Below are positions 9,114 through 18,083 of a stretch of 26,146 nucleotides of DNA, in pieces (position 1 is the first letter of the stretch; each line of letters begins with the position of its first letter). This DNA is from Pseudomonadota bacterium (lineage in GTDB: Bacteria; Bdellovibrionota_B; Oligoflexia; Oligoflexales; CAIMVM01). A model generated the notes under the pieces. It was given only the letters and a program-made list of their open reading frames with translations, did not search any database and was not told the DNA's origin. The translations under genes and the position numbers were made by a program. Location: positions 1-26,146 of the forward strand of contig JBAXBA010000049.1 in NCBI GenBank assembly GCA_037142195.1. Direction: 5' to 3'.

Positions 9114-9686
9114 CTATAGCATTCTTTGCTCAATTCTCTTGTCAGGCAAAAGCCAAATAAATGCAACCGTCGAGAAGACGCCAAAGGCACTTTTAGGATA
9201 CCAAAAAGAAATGATGACACCCAAAATATACAAAAATAAGGAGATATGTTCCTTGAGCTTGTTTCCAATCGCCTTGTGTATCACAGATTCTTCATCATGA
9301 TTTTTTAATAGACTATTTGTCAGGATATAATAACTAAAGGCGCAGCCCAATAAAACGACTCCGTAGAGTGTGACTGAAACGCCTTCAAAATGATTCTCTC
9401 CCATCAAACCCGAAGCAAAAGGGATCAGTGAAAGCCAAAAAAGCACAAATAGATTTGACCAAAGCACCCGACCGTCGATTTTTTTTACAGACTGAAAAAG
9501 ATGATGGTGATTATTCCAATAGATGCCGACATAAATGAAGCTGATGACGTAGCTTAAAAATACAGGGCCCAATTTTAATAATTCCTCAAGGGAGGCTTCG
9601 TGAGGCACTTTAATTTCTAACACCATAATCGTAATGATGATGGCAATAACTCCATCACTAAAGGCTTCTAGACGACCCTTATGCAT
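9114..9686 (-). CDS. TMEM175 family potassium channel
   Basis: RLEAFSDGVIAIIITIMVLEI signature, YWNNHHH, about 6 hydrophobic helices; SD AAGGAG. Confidence 0.95.
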   Translation of the reverse strand: MHKGRLEAFSDGVIAIIITIMVLEIKVPHEASLEELLKLGPVFLSYVISFIYVGIYWNNHHHLFQSVKKIDGRVLWSNLFVLFWLSLIPFASGLMGENHFEGVSVTLYGVVLLGCAFSYYILTNSLLKNHDEESVIHKAIGNKLKEHISLFLYILGVIISFWYPKSAFGVFSTVAFIWLLPDKRIEQRML

Positions 9687-9883
9687 AAATCTCCTTTATA
9701 ACTACCCCTAGCTCAATTTGAAAATATAAGTTCTACATTACTACGTTCATGCTGGAAGGCAGTAAAATAAGTATCTTTCAAAGCGCAGGCGCAGAAATGT
9801 AAATATCAGCCTTCTGCAGGGTGTCGTTTTCGGATATACAATTTAAGATTCTCTTTTATTTTCGATGCTTAGCATCTGTTTTT

Positions 9884-9912
9884 TTGCCGTGAATCACCGG
9901 CCCAAGTATGAT
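9884..9912 (+). promoter_or_regulatory. sigma70 promoter of ubiE/menG
   Basis: TTGCCG, 17 nt spacer, TATGAT, ending 30 nt before ATG 9943. Confidence 0.65.
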
Positions 9913-9942
9913 ACAACCCATCTGCACTTTCTAAGGAATCCC

Positions 9943-10659
9943 ATGAAACCAAGTTTCACAAAGCCAGAATCTGAAGCCAAAATTGCTGATATGTTTAATC
10001 GAATTGCTGGCAACTATGATCTCCTAAATAAACTTTTAAGCTGTAGACAAGATCGACGTTGGCGACGTGCCATGGTAGCCATGATCCCTCGCCAACCGCA
10101 CCTCAAACTTCTTGATGTAGCCACTGGAACAAGCGATGTAATGATAGAGGCCCATAGGCAGTTGGGGGACTCCGCCGAGCTACATGGCAGTGATATTTCC
10201 ACGGAAATGCTAAGTTTAGGTAGAAAAAAACTCGACGATCGAAAGATCCAAAATTCTAAACTGAGCCTTATGAGCGCCGAGAATTTGGGCTTTGATGATA
10301 AATCTTTCCATGTTCTCACGATTTCCTTTGGGCTTAGAAATGTTGTCAATAAAGATAGAGCTCTGGCAGAATTTTCAAGAGTCCTTAAACCAAATGGGCG
10401 CCTCTATATTCTAGAGTTTTTTGTGCCTGAAAAAGGCTTGTTTGCGCAGTTGTTTCAATTCTATTTTCACAAGGTCCTGCCTTTAATCGGTGGATTCTTT
10501 TCCGACAAAAATGCATATACCTATTTGCCTAAAAGCGTAGCTTCTTCGTACAGTATTGCCACATTGACTGACATTATGGCAAACAAAGGCCTAAAAATAG
10601 GAACTGTAAAGAATTTTATTTTTGGATCTTGTAAAATTGTGGAAGCCATTAAAGTCTAA
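9943..10659 (+). CDS. ubiE: Demethylmenaquinone/ubiquinone C-methyltransferase
   Basis: MFNRIAGNYDLLN, LLDVATGTSD, ISFGLRNV, RVLKPNG and AYTYLP motifs; SD TAAGGA supports ATG at 9943. Confidence 0.95.
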   Translation: MKPSFTKPESEAKIADMFNRIAGNYDLLNKLLSCRQDRRWRRAMVAMIPRQPHLKLLDVATGTSDVMIEAHRQLGDSAELHGSDISTEMLSLGRKKLDDRKIQNSKLSLMSAENLGFDDKSFHVLTISFGLRNVVNKDRALAEFSRVLKPNGRLYILEFFVPEKGLFAQLFQFYFHKVLPLIGGFFSDKNAYTYLPKSVASSYSIATLTDIMANKGLKIGTVKNFIFGSCKIVEAIKV

Positions 10660-10707
10660 ATGGAACTTCTTCAACCAATCCAGGCTCCCATGATTCACTT
10701 CTCCTAA

Positions 10708-11160
10708 TTAACGACCTCGGAAAGCTCTTGCTAGCTCTCTTTTGGCCGTTTTTTCTTTGGAGTCGGCGCGTTTGTCGTGGAGTTTTTTACCCCTTGCCAC
10801 GGCAACCTCAACTTTGACCCAACCCTCTTTAAAATAAATTTTTAATGGGACCACAGTGAGCCCTTTTTTTTCTACGGCTTCAATCAATTTTGCTAACTCA
10901 GATTTATGAAGTAGAAGCCTTCTTTCGCGATTTTCGTGATGATTAAATTGATTGCCATGGCTATAGGGGGAGATATGGACTTGTTTGAGCCAAGCTTCTC
11001 CTTTGGGAGTAAAACCTACCCATCCATCGGACAGGTTGACTTTTCCAGACCGTAGGGACTTGACTTCAGTACCCTGCAGCTCGAGACCTGCTTCAAAGCG
11101 ATCCAAAACTTCATACTCATGAAAGGCTGATTTGTTGCTCGCTATAATTTTTATCGTCAC
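10708..11160 (-). CDS. smpB: SsrA-binding protein
   Basis: FEAGLELQGTEVKSLR, RRLLLHK and RGKKLHDKR motifs; GTG start. Confidence 0.98.
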   Translation of the reverse strand: MTIKIIASNKSAFHEYEVLDRFEAGLELQGTEVKSLRSGKVNLSDGWVGFTPKGEAWLKQVHISPYSHGNQFNHHENRERRLLLHKSELAKLIEAVEKKGLTVVPLKIYFKEGWVKVEVAVARGKKLHDKRADSKEKTAKRELARAFRGR

Positions 11161-11172
11161 GAGTATCCACCC

Positions 11173-12621
11173 TTACTGAGGCCTAAACTGCACCCCTTGC
11201 TCATACTTCTTTGATACGTCATTATAAATCTGTTCCCAACTTCCCATTCCCAGACGCTCTGCAATTTGTCTAGAGCTGCCGCCCAATAGAGCTGACTCCA
11301 CCAGGTCCTTGATTCCGCCTGGCCCAAGCATCGCTTCGAGACTATAGATCAAATAAAGGCTTTGTTGATAGGCTGTTCTAGCATCTTCTGCCTTTAAACC
11401 TAAAAAGGAGCCTTCTAGAAGCCTCATCTGATGAAATTTCGAACGCCCCCCTACCGCTGAGCAGCCAAAAGGCATACAAGCCATACGTTGCGCAAGGCCT
11501 TCGTCCGTCCAAATGGGGATATTGGCACCTGATTCGTGCAAAAGCGCGTGGGTAAGCTCATGCCTGAGAACCATGGCAAAGCGCATCTCTTTTTGGGGGG
11601 CCTTCCATGCCTGGCTTACCGGAATTCTCATCCTACCATCAAACAAGCCTTCCGCCCAATTAGGCTGGCCCCCAGCCACTCCTGTAAAATCGCGGTTTCG
11701 ATAAAGCACCACTTCAATCGTTTTGGAAGGAAAGGGAAATCCCATTTGATTGTATTCCCCCAAGCAGTCTTCCAAATAGGAAATGACGTCGTCTAATAGA
11801 AACTCTTGAATGCTAGGCTCAAAAGTAATTTGAAAATGGTTTGCTCTTGCTTGAGATTGCCTTTGCGACAGCTCACTTCTTCTCTCTAAGGCGCGCTTCC
11901 TATCTTCATTACCTTGAAAGAGCTCCTTAGCCTCGTCAAACCGTCCATCTGACTCCAAAGCGTCGGAGCGAATGCTCAAAACCAATGAGTCTTTTACCCC
12001 AGCTTCCAAAAGCTTGTCTGAAAGACTGAGAACCTCGTCTTTGCGTCCAGCCTCGTGGGCACAAACTAACAGCCCCCTAGAAGCCTCTGCTTCCTCCCGA
12101 ATCACCAAAGCTTCATTAAATAGGGGTATTGCCTGCACACATTGATGATTTCCCACATAGGTCCAGCCCAAGGCAGTCAGCAGCACAGGACTTTGCTGAA
12201 ACAGCCATTTTTTAAACATGGGCCCACTGGTACTCTTAAGACTTTCTGCAAAATCATAGGCTTCTTGATATTTTTTTTGCTCAAAAAGCTTTAACAGCTT
12301 CTTTTGATTCAGACGATCTTTGCTATCCAAGCTGTCTTTAGTAAAATCACCTGCCCTGCTGTCAAGTTTGCCCCATTCCCCAGGGATTCTGCTATGACCG
12401 GAAATATCCTTCGTCCTAGCTAGTTCCTTGAGCTTTGAATCGGCGCTCACTTCCTCTGTTCTATTTGGGGGAGAGGACATCTTCTGTGCTCGCCACTGGG
12501 ACTGATCTAGCTGAGCCATCCCCACATGAAAATCTCGAGCTGCATTACGAATAAACAGTCCCGTAAGCCCCAAAAAAAGGCTTATCAAAATCCATTTAAA
12601 GATTCGTAATTTCTGGTTCAG
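11173..12621 (-). CDS. Membrane-anchored TPR plus peptidase MA-like metalloprotease
   Basis: N-terminal TM segment, TPR-like helices, PNWAEGLFDG, LRHELTH (HExxH), PIWTDEGLAQ; start uncertain (CTG 12621 or TTG 12588). Confidence 0.85.
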   Translation of the reverse strand: MNQKLRIFKWILISLFLGLTGLFIRNAARDFHVGMAQLDQSQWRAQKMSSPPNRTEEVSADSKLKELARTKDISGHSRIPGEWGKLDSRAGDFTKDSLDSKDRLNQKKLLKLFEQKKYQEAYDFAESLKSTSGPMFKKWLFQQSPVLLTALGWTYVGNHQCVQAIPLFNEALVIREEAEASRGLLVCAHEAGRKDEVLSLSDKLLEAGVKDSLVLSIRSDALESDGRFDEAKELFQGNEDRKRALERRSELSQRQSQARANHFQITFEPSIQEFLLDDVISYLEDCLGEYNQMGFPFPSKTIEVVLYRNRDFTGVAGGQPNWAEGLFDGRMRIPVSQAWKAPQKEMRFAMVLRHELTHALLHESGANIPIWTDEGLAQRMACMPFGCSAVGGRSKFHQMRLLEGSFLGLKAEDARTAYQQSLYLIYSLEAMLGPGGIKDLVESALLGGSSRQIAERLGMGSWEQIYNDVSKKYEQGVQFRPQ

Positions 12622-12768
12622 ACTACACCCCTATAAGGCCTCTTCAAGCGTAATGCCCCTCTAGGGGCCTAGCCTACTCTGTCATTGTATCAGCTAATTA
12701 CTTTTGGTCTAGCTGCCAACTGTCGCGCAAAGCAAAGCGGAACCACCTTCATCAGGGAAAGGAAGCCC

Positions 12769-12803
<35 letters not shown>

Positions 12804-12864
12804 AACGACTCGCTAAAGACCTTTAAAGCGGAATTCTTTTGGTAAAATGGGAGATTCTTCATCT

Positions 12865-12959
12865 AAGTAATAGCTTTCGCCACTGCTAAGTCACATGACT
12901 GAGCTAGTGGCTTCGGGCACTTATAAGAGGCTTATGTATCCGAAAGATCTATACTTTTT
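12865..12959 (+). ncRNA. Putative structured RNA or 5' leader of unknown family
   Basis: Extended -10 TGGTAAAAT at 12840-12848; nested stems by eye (see findings); T-tract at the end. Confidence 0.3.
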
Positions 12960-13044
12960 AATCTGTCGCCAAGAGCGAAAAATCGCCCGTTGTCCCATTG
13001 CCTAGATTTTGCTACGAAGTCCATGCCCCATTTGGAAGGAAGCC

Positions 13045-14133
13045 ATGCTCGAACTAGAAATCCTTAAGTCATCCCTTTCGGCACTTGCGGGAAACAAAGA
13101 GCTGGGTTTAGGTGACGACGACAATACCTCAGCGGGATTGAGGCTCCTCCAACTTGAGCCTTTGGAAGACCAAAGTTTTAAGACTCTCATTGCCAGTGAT
13201 GGGCTTAATCTAGAACAAAAAATACTACTGGAACGCCAGCTGACTCAAGCTTGGCTCCTTCAACGCCCAGAAAGCCCCCTACAAATCTATTTTAAACGCA
13301 TCAAGGATACCAAGCGAGCCCAAACAAAGCCTGCTCCCGCGGTTTCCAAACCTGCTCCCTTTGGCTTAAAGGTACAAAAAAGAGCCATACCGCAAGTAAA
13401 GCAAGTGATCGTTGTGGCGTCGGGAAAAGGCGGAGTTGGAAAATCTACGGTATCTACAAACCTTGCTGTGAGTCTCGCTCGACTAGGCCATAAAGTCGGT
13501 TTTTTCGATGCAGATATTTACGGACCCTCCGGTCCTACTATGCTTGGCTTAAAAGGCAGTCTTCATGTGGGGGCAGATAAAAAAATAGAACCTCGCGTAG
13601 CACACGGAGTTAAGACAGTCTCCTTTGGATTTATGTCGGATGCTCAAAACCCCGTGATTTGGCGTGGACCTATGGTAGCTAAAGCCATTGAGCAGTTTTG
13701 TTATGATGTCCGATGGGGAGAAACCGACTTTCTAGTCGTCGATCTCCCTCCTGGAACGGGAGATGTCCAAATGTCTCTTATCGAAAATCTTCCCATTCAT
13801 GGGGCGATTATCGTTACGACTCCGCAAGATATCGCGCTCGTTGACGCCCATAAAGCTCTTACCATGTTTGAAAAACTAGAAGTACCCATTCTTGGTCTTG
13901 TAGAAAACATGATGGGATTTATGTGCCCGAAATGTGGAGAAACGAGCCACATATTTGGAGAGTACGGGGCAAAAGAGTTTTCTGAAGTGAGAAAACTCCC
14001 GATACTTGTTTCTATTCCTTTACACCCTGCTTTGCGCTTAGGTGGTGATCAAGGCATCCCAGCTTCTATGGTAGAAGGATCCGTAGAGCGAAAGCTATTT
14101 GATCAACTCGCTCAAATTGTAGAAGCATTTTAA
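13045..14133 (+). CDS. mrp: Mrp/ApbC/NBP35 Fe-S cluster carrier ATPase
   Basis: VASGKGGVGKST, DADIYGPS, WRGPM, DLPPGTGD, VTTPQ and ENM...CPKC motifs; ATG 13045 with SD GGAAGG. Confidence 0.96.
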   Translation: MLELEILKSSLSALAGNKELGLGDDDNTSAGLRLLQLEPLEDQSFKTLIASDGLNLEQKILLERQLTQAWLLQRPESPLQIYFKRIKDTKRAQTKPAPAVSKPAPFGLKVQKRAIPQVKQVIVVASGKGGVGKSTVSTNLAVSLARLGHKVGFFDADIYGPSGPTMLGLKGSLHVGADKKIEPRVAHGVKTVSFGFMSDAQNPVIWRGPMVAKAIEQFCYDVRWGETDFLVVDLPPGTGDVQMSLIENLPIHGAIIVTTPQDIALVDAHKALTMFEKLEVPILGLVENMMGFMCPKCGETSHIFGEYGAKEFSEVRKLPILVSIPLHPALRLGGDQGIPASMVEGSVERKLFDQLAQIVEAF

Positions 14134-14307
14134 AAGTTTCGCGGCTCAAATTTACATTTTCTATCTTTTGATATTGGTTCTTAAATCAGGATTTTCTAAG
14201 TTCCATAGCTGAGAAACATTAATTTTATTTTTTGATCTTAAGGTTTTGACTGACCTACAAGCTGAGACTAGAAAATTTCGAAGCGAAATGTATCCCTAGG
14301 ATGGTCT

Positions 14308-15210
14308 TTAAAAGAGCCAACCGATACGAAGTAAATTCACATAGGGAATCGCCGTTTTTCCAAGTTTTTTCACAATGCCTTCCAAATCCTTTTTTTGCTC
14401 TTGGAATTCGGAAGATGACTTTAAAACGGAGTCTAAACTTGGATCATCAGCAACTGCGGAATAGGTACTGCTAGACTGATAGGGAAAATGATATCCAAGT
14501 TCAAAGCCAAAACAAAATCCGGACTCATAAACGGAAAACCAGCCCAAATGAGGAGTTAGGTAACGGGATTTGATTTGCGACTCAGAAGTCACGACGCCTG
14601 ATGTGGTTTGATTGTCTACTTCAGCAGTCGTTTTCTTCTTGCCCTTCACGTTCAGATCTAAAGCACCTAGGGCGAGTCCCATAAAAAAGTCTCCCCTAAA
14701 AGGATGATACCTAAAACGAACATCCGTAGATTTGACTTTCAATTCGACTCTCTCGAAACTGCTACCGATATCTTTGGACATTTTTAAGTTGCCTGAGCCT
14801 AAACCAGCAGAGAAAGACTTCCCTACCGTCCACTCTAAGCTTGGAGAAATAAAATAGGGAAAGCTTAGGGATAAAGTCGGTCCGAGTCGCCACTGCTTTT
14901 GCTTAGGCTTGTCTGGCGCCTCATTCATGTCACCTTCAGTTCCTTCACCAAACCTCTGATTTTCCTTTGCCACCGTACCATTAACTTCGGCATTCTCAGA
15001 ATCAATTTCCATGATGCTTTTTGGCATGTCGGATGGATCTGGCGTCTTTTCATCAGTAACAGGTAAAGCCGGAGGCTCATCAGAAAACAAAGGATAAGGC
15101 TCCACTACATCTTCAGCCTCTGCTGTTCCGGCAGCTGAAAGGGACTCCCCCCATGAAAGGGTAGAAATCCAAAGACCGGCTAGACTTACTAGAAGTGCCT
15201 TATGCCACAT
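14308..15210 (-). CDS. Outer membrane beta-barrel protein with an acidic/Pro-rich N-terminal extension
   Basis: Signal peptide; low-complexity stretch of about 80 aa; amphipathic strands (RFRYHPF, FCFGFELGY); C-terminal LRIGWLF. Confidence 0.8.
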   Translation of the reverse strand: MWHKALLVSLAGLWISTLSWGESLSAAGTAEAEDVVEPYPLFSDEPPALPVTDEKTPDPSDMPKSIMEIDSENAEVNGTVAKENQRFGEGTEGDMNEAPDKPKQKQWRLGPTLSLSFPYFISPSLEWTVGKSFSAGLGSGNLKMSKDIGSSFERVELKVKSTDVRFRYHPFRGDFFMGLALGALDLNVKGKKKTTAEVDNQTTSGVVTSESQIKSRYLTPHLGWFSVYESGFCFGFELGYHFPYQSSSTYSAVADDPSLDSVLKSSSEFQEQKKDLEGIVKKLGKTAIPYVNLLRIGWLF

Positions 15211-15250
15211 TTGGGGCTCCTTTTACCGATGACTTCTAATAATATAACGT

Positions 15251-15287
15251 AAAAAGAGTCCTGATCAAAGTGAACAGGACTCTTTTT
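15251..15287 (-). terminator. Intrinsic terminator (potentially bidirectional) after the C1 peptidase gene
   Basis: AAAAAGAGTCCTG-N11-CAGGACTCTTTTT perfect 13-bp inverted repeat. Confidence 0.85.
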
Positions 15288-15325
15288 TATCAAACTCTAG
15301 GAAATTGGTTTTTAACTCAGGCCCA

Positions 15326-16483
15326 TTACTTTTTAGCCATGGCCCTTAAAACGGAATTGGGAATGATAAAGTCAGAAATGACGGTTGTATCAATTTCACC
15401 CTCTCGGTCTCTAAGAGTGGAGAATAAATAGCTGGCATTTAGTCTATGAAATCCAGCCACATCACCTCTAATATAGGTGGCGCGATCACGACGCTCCATC
15501 CCGCCCCAAGAGTTTTTCACAACGAGATACTTAATGTCACCCTTCTCAAGTGCTAAAGCTTTTTCAGCATCAGAAACCTCTCCCTCACCCATGATTCGCT
15601 CAACACCTGTGACGGCATCTTTTACTCCTACCACATAGTCTTCGAGTACTGTCGAATGATATCCTTGATGACCCTCTGGGCTTTCTTTCAATTTTTCTAG
15701 ACTAAAAATGCCCTTAGAATCTAGAGCGCCAAAGTCAACAAACCAATCTAAAACTACAGGCTTGCCCGCGTTTAAGGCCGCTTTTACGAGCTTTAAAATT
15801 TCCAACTGACGGCTTGAAAGCTTTAGATTTACGCTTGGAACTTCAGCTGGATTTTCCTGATTGTACCACTCCAGTGTCGACCAATCCTGAAATTCAGCCA
15901 CTGCAGAACGAAGAGTTCCATTATCATCTTTGCCTATCATAAGCTTGTTTAAAGGCTTTGCCTTTAAAGCAACTTCGTCTATTTTGACACCAAATGCGGT
16001 ATTAAGTTCTGATTTAATAGTAGCTTGATCTCGGCTCTGAGACAGTAAACCTGTCGCAAGACTTTCTTTAATGTAAGCCTCAGCTCTTTTCTGGGAGTCG
16101 CTAAATGTCTTATTAGCTTCTGCTGGTATCATATCATTTTCAAAAACATAGCCATAAGTATTTAGGAGTTTTATCGCTCTAGAAACGGAGCCCCCAGTAC
16201 TAAGTTCGCCGGACCATTGCAGCTTTTCCTGCCAGTCGCGATAGGTGATATAGGTCTCAGAGATATCTAAAGTAACTCCCGTATTTCGAAGCGATAAGGA
16301 TTCCAGCCATCCGGCAGCGGAATAGGCCCAGCAATTTCCAATGCTTTGCCACTTAGAAGGCGTGCCGGCAATATCCACCACGTCCTCATGGGAATAAGGC
16401 GCTTTTCCACAGGAAATCAATCCTGCCATGGCCATCCCAAATAATGCCGTGGTGCCCATTTTAGTAAGCTTAACTAGCTTCAT
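15326..16483 (-). CDS. Papain-like (clan CA, C1-like) cysteine protease lipoprotein
   Basis: QSIGNCWAY (oxyanion Gln and catalytic Cys), GYHSTVL (His), VKNSWG (Asn); lipobox LISC; SD AAAGGAG supports ATG at 16483. Confidence 0.88.
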   Translation of the reverse strand: MKLVKLTKMGTTALFGMAMAGLISCGKAPYSHEDVVDIAGTPSKWQSIGNCWAYSAAGWLESLSLRNTGVTLDISETYITYRDWQEKLQWSGELSTGGSVSRAIKLLNTYGYVFENDMIPAEANKTFSDSQKRAEAYIKESLATGLLSQSRDQATIKSELNTAFGVKIDEVALKAKPLNKLMIGKDDNGTLRSAVAEFQDWSTLEWYNQENPAEVPSVNLKLSSRQLEILKLVKAALNAGKPVVLDWFVDFGALDSKGIFSLEKLKESPEGHQGYHSTVLEDYVVGVKDAVTGVERIMGEGEVSDAEKALALEKGDIKYLVVKNSWGGMERRDRATYIRGDVAGFHRLNASYLFSTLRDREGEIDTTVISDFIIPNSVLRAMAKK

Positions 16484-16550
16484 ATCTTGCTCCTTTAAAA
16501 GCCCCATTGCTCGGGGCCGCAGGTTATAACAAATCAAGTTAGACCTGCGC

Positions 16551-16588
16551 AAGAAAAATAAAAGCCTAAGCCTTATAAATTAGGCTTT
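16551..16588 (-). terminator. Possible intrinsic terminator downstream of the 16691..17230 gene
   Basis: AAAGCCTAA-N10-TTAGGCTTT with an A-rich tract on its left (U-rich on the minus strand). Confidence 0.45.
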
Positions 16589-16690
16589 AATAACAGATGC
16601 TTAGAAAGTATTGTTCTGGCTTGGCGGCCAAACCTCAGCCCCACTTCGTAAGGATCGCGTCTAGGCATGTAAGTTTAGCTTCAACTAGGC

Positions 16691-17230
16691 CTATTTGACC
16701 CAAGGTCTTATCTGATCAGGCGAAGAAATTTCTATAGGATTCACTTTAAAATTAGCTTTGATACAACGCTCTTCGAGAGCAGAGCTCTGCAAGGATTCTT
16801 GAACTTTTGGTGATCCGCTATGAAGTTTCTTTAAGCCTTCGCCTTTAGACTCGCCTCCATGAAGCACCAAATAAAAACCATCACTCTGTTCTTCTACAGT
16901 TCCGCATTCTTCCGTGGCCTGATCTAAGTTAGCTTCGCGAACTTGACGGGAAGAAGTCAGCACTACATCCTTGGCTGCGGTCCAATCAGCAGTAATACAA
17001 ACATTTTGTTTTGAAGTTGCAAATCCTTCTAGGCGAACAAATAAGGACTCATCGCCTACTTCTAGGGATCGATTTTTACCAGAAACCCCATCTTGAAATT
17101 CAAGGTTGGAGTTCTTCTTTAGTAAAGTACCGCAGCGTTCACTATCTAATGCAGAAGAAACCTCTGTAGAAGACGACACACATCCCACAACCGCCATAGA
17201 AAGAGAAAAAAGAACCGGTGAAAATTTCAT
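16691..17230 (-). CDS. Hypothetical lipoprotein with two internal repeats
   Basis: Lipobox VVGC; SD GGAG; two units of the form E.CGT...CI.A...S..Q.R. Confidence 0.8.
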   Translation of the reverse strand: MKFSPVLFSLSMAVVGCVSSSTEVSSALDSERCGTLLKKNSNLEFQDGVSGKNRSLEVGDESLFVRLEGFATSKQNVCITADWTAAKDVVLTSSRQVREANLDQATEECGTVEEQSDGFYLVLHGGESKGEGLKKLHSGSPKVQESLQSSALEERCIKANFKVNPIEISSPDQIRPWVK

Positions 17231-17330
17231 AGTTTACTCCGCTTTAGCTTTAAATATAAGCCTTATTGCGGCGCTAAATCTATAGAAATATCAGCGGAAC
17301 CCAAGTTGTGGAGCAAAATTTGCGTCTATT

Positions 17331-17984
17331 TTAGAAGCTTCGATTGGCACCCGGCATAGGAGCTCGTTGCATTTGCTTGCCCGTGATTGGCTTCTGAGTT
17401 CCAGGCTGAGTGGCTCTGGAGACCTGCGAACCTGAGGAAATCGCATCACCAAATCCCGCCAGAACCCGCAAAATGGTCCGGCCCATAGGATCCTTAAATT
17501 CGCTAGAGGCAGCCCCTTTCAGCACGTAGAGACCATTTGAGCCTTCCAATTTACCGGCTACTTCCATAGATCCAATCGACTCTTCCAGCTCACCATAAGG
17601 CCCTAAGCGTTTTGAAAACTTTAATTTAACGCGATATTGACTTGTTTCTTTGACAAAAGAAAGCGGCTCTGATTCCACATGATAGTCACTGATGACAAAG
17701 TGATTCATACGATTCACTCTAGCCCTAAGAGTTCTCTTAAGATCGCCTGCTGGCCTTGAAATCTCGTGGATTTCACCTTTCAAATTTTGTGTTTTTGCAG
17801 TTACAAATGGCGTCAAATGCAGACCTATTCGAACTTGAGCAGGCTGCCCATTAGACTGTCGGTCCTCCGTGGCGTCCGTCATATTAAAAACGCCTTGCGC
17901 AGTGGGTGGAACATTACCTGGACCCAAATTCCCCCCGAATGCCACAGCTGGGGCTAACCATAAAAGCAGGTAAAACTTTTCCAT
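17331..17984 (-). CDS. Hypothetical secreted protein
   Basis: Signal peptide ending AFG; beta-rich core; SD GAAAGG. Confidence 0.75.
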   Translation of the reverse strand: MEKFYLLLWLAPAVAFGGNLGPGNVPPTAQGVFNMTDATEDRQSNGQPAQVRIGLHLTPFVTAKTQNLKGEIHEISRPAGDLKRTLRARVNRMNHFVISDYHVESEPLSFVKETSQYRVKLKFSKRLGPYGELEESIGSMEVAGKLEGSNGLYVLKGAASSEFKDPMGRTILRVLAGFGDAISSGSQVSRATQPGTQKPITGKQMQRAPMPGANRSF

Positions 17985-18083
17985 AGCGGACCTTTCTATG
18001 TCGTCAAAATCTTCTATAATTTATTATACCCCTGCAAGGGCTTCAGCCTTTATATTCAACCCTTAGATGACTAGGCATTATCG

